From positions 32,001 to 96,000 of the forward strand of contig JAZKFH010000023.1 in assembly GCA_040386535.1 (NCBI GenBank): a stretch of DNA of 64,000 nucleotides. The letters are read 5' to 3'. Both the position numbers and the translations under genes were made by a program. Origin of the DNA: Myxococcota bacterium. Its GTDB lineage: Bacteria > Myxococcota_A > UBA796 > SXON01. The first letter of the stretch is position 1. Every line of letters starts with the position of its first letter. The notes below the pieces were generated by a model. The model did not search any database, had not been told where the DNA came from, and saw only the letters and a list, made by a program, of their open reading frames with translations. Shown one piece after another: positions 40,592 to 50,319 of this stretch.

Positions 40592-42539
40592 TGGCAACCG
40601 GGCGGATGCGAGCCGGGGAGAGGTAGACCGTTGGGTCGGCCGCTCCGGGCGCGTCTACGTCCTGGAGCCCGGCGGCAACCAGCGGGACGGCGGCATGGCC
40701 AGCATCCGCCGGGTGCTCCCCCAGAACGCGCCCAACGCCGTGTCGACCGTGCCCGAGGGCACCATCCTCGCGCTCAAGATCGCGAGCCCCGACGATCGGC
40801 TCGCCGCCGAGGCCATCGCCCGCGAGGTGGAGACCTTCGTGGCCTTGTCGCGGGCCCCCGGGAGCCCCCCGTGCCCGCGGCTCTACGACATCGTCGGCAC
40901 GCCCGTGACCGGCCTCGTCATGGAGTGGTGCCCCACCGACATGGAGCGCTGGTGGGAGGCCACCTGGTCGGCCCCGCGGTCGTTCCTCGAGCTCACCGAG
41001 GCGATGGCCGACATCTGCCGCCGCGTGCGCGAGTACGAGGCCGTCGCGGAGCTGGAGCTGGGCAAGCGGGTCATCCACGCCGACATCAAGCCGCGCAACG
41101 TCCTGCGCGCGGCGGACGGGCGTTGGTTGTTGACCGACTTCGGCGCGTCCAAGTTCCGGTCGGTGGAGGACACGAACTGGGTCGCGACGCGGATGATCCT
41201 CGGCACCGAGAACTTCATCGCGCCCGAGGCTCTCTTCAACGCGCGCAAGCCGCACCCGGCCGCGATGGACACCTGGTCGCTGGGGTGCTCCTTCTTCGCC
41301 TTGTTGCGCATGCGTACGGTGCTCCGCGGCGGTGGCAAGATGCCGGCGAACGGCACGCACGCGCACCTGTTCCGCACCAACCGCGTGGCCCTCATCGGCG
41401 ACCTCCAGCAGCGGAAGCCGGCGCTCTTCGTGGACAAGGACCTCGATCCGGTGCACTTCACCTCGCCCGAGCGCCTCCCCGAGAAGGACCGCCGTGCGAT
41501 TGCAGAGGCGATGGAGGGGGTCTTCGGCGCGTCCCACCCCACGCTCGAAGGGGTGCTCGTGACGGAGACGCTCCACCTCCTCGATCGCGCCCTCCGCATC
41601 GATCCGGCCCTCCGCTTCCGGGATCCGCTCGAGATGGCGGGCGAATTCGAGGCGCTCGCCCAACGGTTTCGCGAGCTCGTGCTACGAGCCGAGGGGGGAG
41701 GGGGCTCCGGCCGGATCGCGGGGAGCGCCGCGCCGTCGGAGGCCTCGCCCACCGCTTCGGGGCCGTTTCCCGCCGCGGTCCCCGTGCCGCCCGCACGCGG
41801 CGCTACGGAACCACCCCAGGCGGGGGCCTCGGCGCCCCACGTGCTCATCTCGGAGGACATCGTGGTGGACGAAGGCAGCGGCAGGAAGGGCGTGGGCGCC
41901 ACCCTCCAGGGCGGCGGGGCGGCGCGGGTGCCGCCGTGGATCGGCGTCGCGCTGGTCGGCGTCCTCGCGCTCCAGGTGGTCCAGATCGGCGTCTCGTCCG
42001 CCGCGCTCGTGTTCGCGCTCCGTGCTCCGGCGGCCCCCGCGCTCACCCTGGCGCCTCCGGCCCAGCCGGGCCCCCTCGCGATGGCCTCGGCGGCGCCGCC
42101 CACGGCCCCCGCGCTCGCCGCGCTCATCGAGACCACGCCTCCCGTCGTCGGGAGCGGCACGGACGCGGTGCCCGCCCCAGAGGTTGTCCCCGTGGCGGCC
42201 GCGCCTACGTCGGCGGCCGCTGCCTCGCCGGCTCCGGTCCCCGAGCGGGCGACAGTCGCCGCGTCCAAGCCCTCCGACATCGTCCCCAAGCGGATCGGCA
42301 CGCCGCCGCCCGCCAACAGCGGCGCCGCGTCGGGCGTGCTCCTCGTCAGCGGCGGCCAGGCCTTCCTGATGGGGCCGGCGGGGCGGATGTCGACCGGCAG
42401 CGTGGCGCCCGGCAGCTACGAGCTGTACGCGCAGACCCGCCCCAACGGCGAGTTCGAGTCGCAAGGGACCATCGCGGTCGCCAGCGGCGAGCGGATCACC
42501 TACAAGTGTGGCCTAGGCACCTGCCGGCGCCTGCCCTGA
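40575..42539 (+). CDS. Membrane Ser/Thr protein kinase (Hanks type)
   Basis: GGMASI, LALK, LVMEW, IHADIKPRNVL, LTDFG, GTENFIAPE, DTWSLG; TM; Pro/Ala-rich region; C-terminal small beta domain ending CGLGTC. Start approximate (TTG). Confidence 0.9.
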   Translation: MPVTSDGNRADASRGEVDRWVGRSGRVYVLEPGGNQRDGGMASIRRVLPQNAPNAVSTVPEGTILALKIASPDDRLAAEAIAREVETFVALSRAPGSPPCPRLYDIVGTPVTGLVMEWCPTDMERWWEATWSAPRSFLELTEAMADICRRVREYEAVAELELGKRVIHADIKPRNVLRAADGRWLLTDFGASKFRSVEDTNWVATRMILGTENFIAPEALFNARKPHPAAMDTWSLGCSFFALLRMRTVLRGGGKMPANGTHAHLFRTNRVALIGDLQQRKPALFVDKDLDPVHFTSPERLPEKDRRAIAEAMEGVFGASHPTLEGVLVTETLHLLDRALRIDPALRFRDPLEMAGEFEALAQRFRELVLRAEGGGGSGRIAGSAAPSEASPTASGPFPAAVPVPPARGATEPPQAGASAPHVLISEDIVVDEGSGRKGVGATLQGGGAARVPPWIGVALVGVLALQVVQIGVSSAALVFALRAPAAPALTLAPPAQPGPLAMASAAPPTAPALAALIETTPPVVGSGTDAVPAPEVVPVAAAPTSAAAASPAPVPERATVAASKPSDIVPKRIGTPPPANSGAASGVLLVSGGQAFLMGPAGRMSTGSVAPGSYELYAQTRPNGEFESQGTIAVASGERITYKCGLGTCRRLP

Positions 42540-42556
42540 CGCGCTAGTTCGGCTGC

Positions 42557-43150
42557 ATGCGAATCACCAAGGTCTATACGCGGACAGGCGACAAGGGCAC
42601 CACGAGGCTGGTCGGGGGCCAGGAGGTCCCGAAGGACCACCCGCGGATCGCCGCCTACGGCACCACCGACGAGCTCAACGCGATCATCGGCATCATCCGC
42701 GTGACGAACCGCCAGAGCGGCGCGGCGCCCGAGGCGGTCGAGCGTATCGACGCGATGTTGCACGTCATCCAGAACGACCTGTTCAACGTCGGCTCCGACC
42801 TCGCGACGCGCCCCGAGGACCGCTGGGAGGGGATGTACCGCGTGGGCGACGTGGACGTGAAACGCCTCGAGGACTGGATCGACGCGCTGAACGAGGACGT
42901 GGGTCCGCTCCGCGAGTTCATCCTCCCGGGCGGCGGTCCCGTCGGCGCGTTCTTCCACCAGGCGCGCACGGTGTGTCGGCGCGCGGAGAGGGAGTTGGTG
43001 GCATTGTTGCGCGAAGAACCCGGCACCGGAGAGGGCCCGATGCGCTACGTGAACCGGCTTTCCGACTACCTTTTCGTGGCAGGCCGGTGGGCCGCCAAGC
43101 AGCTCGGGGAGCCCGAGTTCCTTTGGGAGCGACCGGGCAAGAGCGGATAG
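42557..43150 (+). CDS. ATP:cob(I)alamin adenosyltransferase (PduO type)
   Basis: KVYTRTGDKGTT, AYGTTDELNA, QNDLF.VGSDLA, FILPGG, RTVCRRAER, YVNRLSDYLF. Confidence 0.95.
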   Translation: MRITKVYTRTGDKGTTRLVGGQEVPKDHPRIAAYGTTDELNAIIGIIRVTNRQSGAAPEAVERIDAMLHVIQNDLFNVGSDLATRPEDRWEGMYRVGDVDVKRLEDWIDALNEDVGPLREFILPGGGPVGAFFHQARTVCRRAERELVALLREEPGTGEGPMRYVNRLSDYLFVAGRWAAKQLGEPEFLWERPGKSG

Positions 43151-43198
43151 CGACGAGTTTATCGGATAGAGGGGGCCCGTAATGCACCCGAGGTCCCT

Positions 43199-43921
43199 TT
43201 GAGCTCGTCCGATCACCGCGTCCAGCGCCTCCACGTAGAGCGCCTGCGCGTCTCTTCTCCCTCGATGATCCAGGTCTTGACCCAGGACGTCATCCGCCAG
43301 CACATCGATCGCATCGAGCCCGCCTGCGTCGCGGACCTGTTCGCGCTCGCGGAGACGCGCCTCCCCGGCGCCCTCGCGGCCGACCTCTCCCAGTGGGCGG
43401 CGCGCGCCGCCCGCGAGATCCTCGACATCCCCGACGGCGAGACCCGGGCCACCTTCCTGGCCGAGGTCGCCGAGATCCCGCCCGAGTCCGTGCCGAACGG
43501 CCTGCGCCGCGCCATCCTCGCGCTCGCGCCCGTGTCGATCGCCGACACCACCGAGCTCGTGGAGCGCCTCCGCGTCTCCTGGGCCGACATCGACCCCACG
43601 CCGGTCAAGCTCGCGGTGCCCGTCGCCACGCCCAAGGCGGCCCCGGCCGCCAAGACCACTACGGCCAAGCCCCGCGTCGTCAAGACGCCGGCGTCGATGA
43701 TCGACCCGCGCCGCGCCGAGTGGATCCGCGGTGACGCGGTGACGCGCCTCGGTTCGCGCGAGTACTCCGAGCGCGGGCTGAAGGAGTCCATCTTCGTCGC
43801 CGGCATCATGCACCGGTCGCCCTACAAGGACCTCACGGAAGAGGAAGTCAAGGCCGAGCTCCGCAAGCTCGAGCGCGAGCGCAAGCTCAAGCACACCGGC
43901 GAGCGCTGGCTGATCCGCTAG
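43199..43921 (+). CDS. Hypothetical protein (helical N-domain, Ala/Lys/Pro linker, possible C-terminal winged helix)
   Basis: Strong GC3 codon bias; C-terminal LTEEEVKAELRKLERERKLKHTGERWLIR. Start may be ATG 43265. Confidence 0.65.
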   Translation: MSSSDHRVQRLHVERLRVSSPSMIQVLTQDVIRQHIDRIEPACVADLFALAETRLPGALAADLSQWAARAAREILDIPDGETRATFLAEVAEIPPESVPNGLRRAILALAPVSIADTTELVERLRVSWADIDPTPVKLAVPVATPKAAPAAKTTTAKPRVVKTPASMIDPRRAEWIRGDAVTRLGSREYSERGLKESIFVAGIMHRSPYKDLTEEEVKAELRKLERERKLKHTGERWLIR

Positions 43922-43928
43922 ACGGGTG

Positions 43929-44010
43929 ACGGCCCCTCACGGGGCCGTTGCCGCGGGTGCCGCATACGACAACGCCCGGTCCGCCTCGTTGGAGGCGGAC
44001 CGGGCGTTGT
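43929..44010. terminator. Two hairpins between the convergent CDS and tRNA (probable bidirectional terminator)
   Basis: ACGGCCCC-tcac-GGGGCCGT (43929-43948) and a perfect 19-bp inverted repeat ACAACGCCCGGTCCGCCTC-gttg-GAGGCGGACCGGGCGTTGT (43969-44010). Confidence 0.7.
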
Positions 44011-44065
44011 ACGTTCGGGCCCTTGGGTTCGCACCGGGCGCGGCAAGGGAACCGATCGGAGAGAG

Positions 44066-44147
44066 TAGGGGCGGTCGGACTTGAACCGACAAGGATGCAA
44101 TCCACTCGATTTTGAGTCGAGCGCGTCTACCATTCCGCCACGCCCCC
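44066..44147 (-). tRNA. tRNA-Leu (anticodon CAA)
   Basis: GGGGGCGTGGCGGAATGGTAGACGCG-CTCGA-CT-CAA-AA-TCGAG-long variable arm-GTCGGTTCAAGTCCGAC-CGCCCCT-A; CCA not encoded. Confidence 0.96.
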
Positions 44148-44235
44148 GCAGCTCACGTGGCTTGCAGCGCACATGATTGCACCAAATTTACACGGTAGAG
44201 CTCGGACCGCAAGCGCCGAGGCGTAGCATGACGAA

Positions 44236-45051
44236 ATGCGACTCCTGATCATCGCGGCGCTGTGCTTCGCCGCCTGCACCGACAAGTCCATCCCCCTTGG
44301 GGGTGGGGAGCCGCCGGACGCGCGGCTGTACGCCGATGTGTACACCTGGGTGTGCGAGGACAGCGACGCGCAGCGCTACGAGGGCGTGTTCGCCTACGAG
44401 CTGAGCCTCGAGTACGCGCCCGACGCGCTGGAGGACCGCGACGTGCCCGCGTCCGGCTGCACCCGTGGCCTCGACATCTTCCCGGGGGACGCGGGAGCCG
44501 ACGGCGTGGACATCCCCGACGTGAGCGCGCCCGCGTGGACCACGGCGGACCAGAGCGGTGTGCTCGAGCACGTCACCGACGGCTTCTACTCGGACGACGT
44601 GTTCGAGAACCGGAAGGGATGCACGGACGCCGCCGAGCTGCTGGCCGAGGGGGCCACGCTCTCGGACGCGGGGGCGTTCTCGGGGGCGACCGCGCCTGCG
44701 CCGGGCTCGGTCGAGGAGGTGGTCCTCGCGGGGGAGGTCGACGAGCGGAGCGGCATCCCCTTCGGCTCCCAGGTCACCGCGTCCTGGAGCGCCAGCGGGT
44801 GGGATTCCAGCTGGGTGCAGATCCGGCGCGAGAACGCCGGCGTACTCGTGGAGTCCGTCACGTGCGCGACCACGGGCGAGGAGAGCTTCACCGTCGACGA
44901 TGACGTGTGGTCGCTGCTCTCCGATGCCGTCGAGGTCGACGTCACGAACCTCTACGTCGCGTTCGAGGTGAGCGGCGGGTCGACCACCGCCGACGGGCAG
45001 AAGGTCGTCACGGCGACGAGGGCCATGCATGTCGCTGTCGTCCAGGATTGA
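44236..45051 (+). CDS. Hypothetical acidic lipoprotein
   Basis: MRLLIIAALCFAAC lipobox; Asp/Glu-rich beta-type sequence with several Cys. Confidence 0.7.
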   Translation: MRLLIIAALCFAACTDKSIPLGGGEPPDARLYADVYTWVCEDSDAQRYEGVFAYELSLEYAPDALEDRDVPASGCTRGLDIFPGDAGADGVDIPDVSAPAWTTADQSGVLEHVTDGFYSDDVFENRKGCTDAAELLAEGATLSDAGAFSGATAPAPGSVEEVVLAGEVDERSGIPFGSQVTASWSASGWDSSWVQIRRENAGVLVESVTCATTGEESFTVDDDVWSLLSDAVEVDVTNLYVAFEVSGGSTTADGQKVVTATRAMHVAVVQD

Positions 45052-45085
45052 TCGCAACGCGCGGTCGGCATAGGGAGTTTGGCTC

Positions 45086-45958
45086 ATGCCCACCCGGACC
45101 GTGCTCGTCGTCGATGCATCGCCCCTCTCCGCGCGCCGCGTGCAGGAGGCCTTGCGTGGCACCGGATTCTCCGTGGTCGTCGCCGCGACCAACGCCGACG
45201 CGGAAGTCGCGGTCGAAGCAGGGGGCATCGCCGTCGCGCTTGCTGCGTTGAGCTTCCCGGGCGGCAACGGCTACGAGCTCGCCCGGATGGTCAAGTCCCG
45301 CAGCCCCGAGGCGGTGGTCTTCCTGCTTTGTGGCGGGTTCGAGGTCTTCAACGGCGAGCGGGCGGACCAGGTCGGCGTCTACGGGCGCATCAACCGTCCG
45401 TTCACGGTCGACACGTTGGTGCGTCACCTCGAGGCGGCGCTGGGGCCGCTCGCGCAGGGATCTCTCACGCAGGGCTCTCTCACGCAGGGGGCGCTGACGC
45501 AGGGCAGTTCGGCGGAGCCCGCCAAGCCGGCGCCCGAGTTCGACCCCGTTCCGATCCGGCGCGCCGCGGTCGACTCGCCCGCCGAGCCGTCGGACGCGAT
45601 CCAGGCGTATGACGGCCCCATCGCGCCCGCCCCGGCCCCCGAGCCGGTCGCCGCGCCCCGCACCGCCGTGGGGGACGAGCGGCTTGCCAGCTTCCTGCCG
45701 CGCGAGTGGCGCTCGCACCCTCCGGTGCGGGTCGATCCCGATGTCGTCGGCCCGGCGCTCGAGCGCGCCATCCTCGAGGTGCTCCCCGAGGTGGTCGAGG
45801 TCATCCTCAACAAGGCCCTTTCACGTTCGCCCGCCCTCCGGGACCTCATCGAGGTCGCGGTCGACGAGGCGGTGCGCGCCCAGATCGGCCCCATCGCGCG
45901 GCGGGTCATCCGCGAGCGCCTCGCCGAAATCGAAGCGGGCGGGGAAGACATCGGATGA
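45086..45958 (+). CDS. RomR-like response regulator (atypical receiver, Pro-rich linker, helical C-terminus)
   Basis: Receiver VLVVD...PGGNGYEL...LLCGGFEVFNGERA...INRPF; Pro/Ala linker; LEVLPEVVEVIL...IARRVIRERLAEIE C-terminal motif resembling RomR-C. Confidence 0.7.
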   Translation: MPTRTVLVVDASPLSARRVQEALRGTGFSVVVAATNADAEVAVEAGGIAVALAALSFPGGNGYELARMVKSRSPEAVVFLLCGGFEVFNGERADQVGVYGRINRPFTVDTLVRHLEAALGPLAQGSLTQGSLTQGALTQGSSAEPAKPAPEFDPVPIRRAAVDSPAEPSDAIQAYDGPIAPAPAPEPVAAPRTAVGDERLASFLPREWRSHPPVRVDPDVVGPALERAILEVLPEVVEVILNKALSRSPALRDLIEVAVDEAVRAQIGPIARRVIRERLAEIEAGGEDIG

Positions 45959-45965
45959 GGCGCAC

Positions 45966-46808
45966 GTGATCCTGCCCGAGCTCGTTCGTCTCGCGCTGGA
46001 AGAGGACGTGGGCCCGGGGGACGTGACGACCCGCGCGGTCGTCGATCCTGCCGCCCGGGGCACCGCCCGTATCGTCGCCAAGCAGGCGCTCGTGGTGTCG
46101 GGTCAGTCGGCCGCGGCCGAGGTCTTCCGCCAGCTCGACGCGCGGTACGAGGTGGTGGTTCCCGACGGCGAGGAGGTCACGGCCGGCACGGTCGTAGGCC
46201 GGGTCGACGGCTCGCTGGCCGCCCTCTTGACGAGCGAACGGACCGCGTTGAACTTCCTCATGCGCCTGTGTGGCGTCGCGACCCATACGCGCATGGTGGT
46301 CCGCGCCGCGGGGAGCCTGCGCGTGGTGGACACGCGAAAGACCACCCCTCTGCTGCGCGCGTTGGAGAAGGACGCCGTGCGCCACGGCGGCGCCGCCAAC
46401 CACCGCTACGCGCTGTACGACGGTGTCCTCATCAAGGACAACCACATCGTCGCGGCGGGCGGCCTGACGACGGCCGTCCGGCGCGCTCGCGCGGCTGCGC
46501 ACCACCTCCTCCGCGTCGAGGTCGAGGTCGAGAACCTCGAAGAGTTTGCCGAGGCGCTCGCGGCGGGCGCCGACGTCGTGCTGCTCGACAACATGCAGGA
46601 CGACACGCTCAGGGAGGCCGTCGCCATGCGGGCCGCGCACCGCGCCACCGGTGGGCAGCCCGTGGTGCTCGAGGCGAGCGGCAACATGACGGCCGAGCGC
46701 ATCGTTGGGCTGCGTGACGTTGGGCTCGACTTCGTGAGCATGGGCGGGCTCATCCACCAGGCGCGCTGGGCGGACCTCTCGATGCGCATCGATCCGCTCC
46801 CCGGCTGA
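45966..46808 (+). CDS. nadC: Nicotinate-nucleotide pyrophosphorylase (quinolinate phosphoribosyltransferase)
   Basis: [58 protein letters not shown]. Confidence 0.97.
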   Translation: MILPELVRLALEEDVGPGDVTTRAVVDPAARGTARIVAKQALVVSGQSAAAEVFRQLDARYEVVVPDGEEVTAGTVVGRVDGSLAALLTSERTALNFLMRLCGVATHTRMVVRAAGSLRVVDTRKTTPLLRALEKDAVRHGGAANHRYALYDGVLIKDNHIVAAGGLTTAVRRARAAAHHLLRVEVEVENLEEFAEALAAGADVVLLDNMQDDTLREAVAMRAAHRATGGQPVVLEASGNMTAERIVGLRDVGLDFVSMGGLIHQARWADLSMRIDPLPG

Positions 46809-46831
46809 TCCGACGGGTTAGGGCGCGGCAC

Positions 46832-48742
46832 ATGGCGCGACGCTTTCTGCCGATGACCCTCGAAGAGACGGCCGGCGAGCCGCTCGACATCATCCTCGTC
46901 ACCGGGGATGCCTACGTGGACCACAATTCCTTCGGCGTGGCGCTCATCGGGCGCTGGCTGGAGTCGCATGGGTACTCCGTGGGCGTGATCTCCCAGCCCG
47001 CGTGGGACGGGCCCGAAGGGTTCTCCGTGCTCGGCCGGCCCCGCCTTTTCTTCGGCGTGACCAGCGGCAACATGGACTCGATGGTGAACCACTACACCGC
47101 GGCGCGCCGCATCCGTAGTGACGACGCCTACTCGCCGGGCGGCAAGGCGGGGCTCCGCCCCGATCGGGCGTGCATCGCGTACGCGAACCGCATCAAGCAG
47201 GCGTTTCCGGGCGTGCCGATCGTGCTCGGCGGGATCGAGGCGTCCCTGCGCCGCATCGCGCACTACGACTACTGGCAGGAGAAGCTGCGGCGCAGCATCC
47301 TGCTCGACGCCAAGGCCGATCTGCTCGTGCACGGCATGGGCGAGCGCACGGTCGTCGAGATCGCGCGGCGGCTCGCGGAAGGGAAGGGGATCGAGGGCTG
47401 CCGGGACATCCCCGGCACGGCATGGGCGCTCGGTCGGACCAGCCCCGTGCCCGACGCCCCCCACATCGAGGTTCCCTCGTTCGAACAGTGTGTCGCCGAT
47501 CCGTTGGCGTTCAACCGGCTCACGCTCCTGATGTACCGCGAGGCGAACCCGCACTGCGGTGAGGCGTTGCTCCACAAGAGCGCCGACCGCGCCATCTGGT
47601 GCAACCCGGCCGACACGCCGCTCACGACGAAGGAGCTGGACCGCCTCTACGAGCTGCCCTACGCCAACGCCGCGCATCCCTGTTACCGCGAGCCCATCCC
47701 GGCGTTCGAGTCCATTCGTGGCAGCTTGACGGTCAACCGCGGCTGTTCGGGGGGCTGCTCCTTCTGCGCGCTCACCCTGCACCAGGGCAAGGAAGTTGTG
47801 AGCCGCAGCCCGGAGAGCGTGGTGCGCGAGGTGCAGTCGCTCACGAAGGAGAAGGGCTTCAACGGGGTGATCTCGGACCTCGGTGGGCCGACCGCCAACA
47901 TGTTCCACATGAAGTGTATGTCGGAGGCGGCGAACAAGGTGTGCCGCCGCGTGAGCTGCCTTCACCCGGTTCGTTGCAAACATTACGGCACGGACCACAA
48001 GCCCTACATCGACTTGTTGCGGAAGGTGCGGACGCTCCCGGGCATCAAGCGTGTGTTCGTGAACAGCGGGATTCGTTACGATCTCGCGGGCTTGGACCAG
48101 AAGTTCGTCGAGGAGCTCGCTACGCATCACGTGTCCGGCTCGCTCACCACGGCGCCCGAGCACGTGAGCAAGCGGACGTTGCACTTCATGCGCAAGCCCG
48201 ACGTGACCCACTTCTCGGAGTTCCTCGACCGGTTTCAGAAGGCGAGCGCGGACGCGGGCAAGAAGCAGCTGATCGTGCCGTACTTCCAGTGTGCGCACCC
48301 GGGCACGGGGCCGGAGGAGGCCATCGAGCTCGCGGTCTACATGAAGAAGAACCGGCTCCAATGCCGGCAGGTGCAGATGTTCATGCCGACGCCCGGCACG
48401 ATCTCCACCGCCATGTACGTGAGCGGGTTTGATCCCTACACCAAGCAGGCCGTCGCCGTGGCACGCGGCCACAAGGAGCGCTCGCGCCAGCGCTCCATGC
48501 TCTTCTGGTGGAAGCGCGAGGAGTGGCCGGCGATCCGCGAGGCGCTGCACGCCTGGGGGCACACCGAGCTCATCGGCAACACGCCGGATTGCCTCGTCCC
48601 TCCCGGCCCCGCGCGCGGCGGCTGGATCACCACTGTGCGCCGCGTGGAGCCCACCGTGGGAGGCATGGGCATGAAGGTCGAGCGGGCGTCCGCCGAAGAG
48701 CTGGCGGAAGAGCGGTGGGAAGGGATCAACGCCAACCCGTAG
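46832..48742 (+). CDS. YgiQ (UPF0313) family radical SAM protein
   Basis: [73 protein letters not shown]. Confidence 0.95.
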   Translation: MARRFLPMTLEETAGEPLDIILVTGDAYVDHNSFGVALIGRWLESHGYSVGVISQPAWDGPEGFSVLGRPRLFFGVTSGNMDSMVNHYTAARRIRSDDAYSPGGKAGLRPDRACIAYANRIKQAFPGVPIVLGGIEASLRRIAHYDYWQEKLRRSILLDAKADLLVHGMGERTVVEIARRLAEGKGIEGCRDIPGTAWALGRTSPVPDAPHIEVPSFEQCVADPLAFNRLTLLMYREANPHCGEALLHKSADRAIWCNPADTPLTTKELDRLYELPYANAAHPCYREPIPAFESIRGSLTVNRGCSGGCSFCALTLHQGKEVVSRSPESVVREVQSLTKEKGFNGVISDLGGPTANMFHMKCMSEAANKVCRRVSCLHPVRCKHYGTDHKPYIDLLRKVRTLPGIKRVFVNSGIRYDLAGLDQKFVEELATHHVSGSLTTAPEHVSKRTLHFMRKPDVTHFSEFLDRFQKASADAGKKQLIVPYFQCAHPGTGPEEAIELAVYMKKNRLQCRQVQMFMPTPGTISTAMYVSGFDPYTKQAVAVARGHKERSRQRSMLFWWKREEWPAIREALHAWGHTELIGNTPDCLVPPGPARGGWITTVRRVEPTVGGMGMKVERASAEELAEERWEGINANP

Positions 48743-48754
48743 GGCCTCCTCGGG

Positions 48755-49345
48755 TCAGCGCTTGAGCCGCTCCTCGAGCCGTGCCAGCTGGGCTCGTAGC
48801 TCGTCGAGCTCCTCACCTCCGTGCGCGTCGAATGCCGAGGAGGCAGGGTAGGCGGCGGCGGCCGGGCTCGGGGCCGTCACTGCACCGGCGCCGCCCCACG
48901 CACCGTAGGGCGCGGCCGGGGGCTCGGCCACGTAGTAGGCGTCGCTCGCGGAGCCGTTCTGGAGGCCGCCCGGCGCCCCGCTCGACGACGCCCCGCGAAG
49001 GGGCTCGTAGAGCCGATCCAGGTAGGCCTCTGACTGATCCAGCTGTGTTTCGAGCAGGTCGAGCCCGATCACCAGCTGCTCGCGCAACATGCGCGGCGCG
49101 GCCTCGGTACCGCCGGCGCGGATGACGCGGCGCAGCAGGGGCACGGGGAACAGGTCGGCGCTGGTGCCGGTTTCCAGCACGATCTGGAGCAGGACCTCCC
49201 GCGTCAAGTCCCGGCCGGTCTTCACGTCCACCACCGAGATGTCGATGTTGTCGGCGACCATCCGCGCGATGTCATCGAGGTTGACGTACTTGGATGCCTC
49301 GGTGTCGTACAGGCGCCGGTTCTCGTACTTCTTGATGGCGGGCAT
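48755..49345 (-). CDS. phaR: PHA synthesis regulator/repressor PhaR
   Basis: IKKYENRRLYDTEASKYVNLDDIA.MV......VVD.KTG.DLTR.VLLQIVLE is the PHB_acc_N DNA-binding domain; C-terminal ELDELRAQLARLE coil. Confidence 0.9.
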   Translation of the reverse strand: MPAIKKYENRRLYDTEASKYVNLDDIARMVADNIDISVVDVKTGRDLTREVLLQIVLETGTSADLFPVPLLRRVIRAGGTEAAPRMLREQLVIGLDLLETQLDQSEAYLDRLYEPLRGASSSGAPGGLQNGSASDAYYVAEPPAAPYGAWGGAGAVTAPSPAAAAYPASSAFDAHGGEELDELRAQLARLEERLKR

Positions 49346-49360
49346 CCGCTCGTCTATCTC

Positions 49361-49429
49361 GCGGTGCGTCATTTTGCTGTGCTGCGGTGCAAGACAATCC
49401 TTGACGCGCTGCGGCGCGAGCGCTACGGT
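49361..49429 (+). promoter_or_regulatory. Sigma70-like promoter of the pha operon with putative PhaR operator repeats
   Basis: TTGACG (49401-49406), 17 bp spacer, TACGGT (49424-49429). GCGG(T/C)GC occurs at 49361, 49384 and 49411, including CTGC-GGT-GCAA, in the phaR/pha divergent gap. Confidence 0.55.
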
Positions 49430-49466
49430 TCGGGGGCCGGTGATCGCGCCGGCGCTTGGGGTATTC

Positions 49467-49739
49467 GTGTCGTCCTCCCTCCATTCGTCCGCTCCGAAGC
49501 TGTCTGCTTCCAGCCTCGCCCGGGCCGTCCTCGGTCGCTCGGCCGCGCACATCCTCGGGGTCCACCGCCGGGTGACCGCGTGGCAGCTGGCGTACGCGCG
49601 GCTCACCGAGGGCCAGGTCGCACGCTGGTTCGAGCTCCATCGGGTCGGGCTCGAGGCGAGCCTGCGCTTCACAGAGGCCGCGGCGGAAGCGGTCGCGCCG
49701 CGCGAGTCCTCGGCGGTCTCCACGAGCACGGCCGGATAG
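49467..49739 (+). CDS. Small helical protein, possible phasin-like
   Basis: About 90 aa, Ala-rich amphipathic sequence, first ORF after the pha promoter; start uncertain (GTG 49440 or 49467). Confidence 0.4.
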   Translation: MSSSLHSSAPKLSASSLARAVLGRSAAHILGVHRRVTAWQLAYARLTEGQVARWFELHRVGLEASLRFTEAAAEAVAPRESSAVSTSTAG

Positions 49740-49791
49740 CCGCGCGTTCGTCCAGCTTCTCTCGTCTCTCCTCTTCGCCCCCGGACTCCTC

Positions 49792-50319
49792 TTGGCGACC
49801 CCCCGCGGCAAACCCCCTGGCCCCCCACGCTTCGGCGACCAGCTTTACCAAGGCTGGGAGAAGGCGATGGGCGCGTGGTGGGACCAGGTGCTGCAATCGC
49901 CGGCGTTCCTGGGCGCGATGAGCGAGAACCTCGCCGCGCGGACCCAGGCCCGCGCAACCTACGAGCGCACGATGGAAGGCGCCATGGATCGGATGCATCT
50001 CCCCACGCGCAAGGACATCGGGCGTGTCGCGCGGGTGGCCACCCTGCTGGAGGAGCGCCTCCTCGCACAGGAGGATCTGCTCCTCTCGCTCAAGGACCAA
50101 CTCGCCGCGGCGCAGCGGGAGTCGGTACAGGCGCGGATCGACGCCGCTCAGGCGCGTTTGGAGCTCAAGGAGCAGCTCGGGCAGCTTCGCGAAGAGATCG
50201 CCTCCTTGCGGGCGGCGGCGCCGGCCGCGGTCGCGCCCGCGGCGAGCTCGCTCGAGGGCCCGGCGCCCTCGGCGCCCGCGGCGCCCCGGAAGTCGCGCGC
50301 ACGTCGGGGCCCCCCATGA
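49792..50319 (+). CDS. phaE: PHA synthase accessory subunit (short PhaE-like)
   Basis: W...W..VLQSPAF...M......MDRMHLPTRKDI..V......LEERL (PhaE C-terminal LPTR motif); coiled coil; ATGA overlap with phaC. Confidence 0.72.
   Translation: MATPRGKPPGPPRFGDQLYQGWEKAMGAWWDQVLQSPAFLGAMSENLAARTQARATYERTMEGAMDRMHLPTRKDIGRVARVATLLEERLLAQEDLLLSLKDQLAAAQRESVQARIDAAQARLELKEQLGQLREEIASLRAAAPAAVAPAASSLEGPAPSAPAAPRKSRARRGPP

Noticed and set aside
44011..44147. tRNA-Leu as an integration site for a genomic island
   Set aside because: I saw no duplicated tRNA 3' end, integrase or compositional break on either side.
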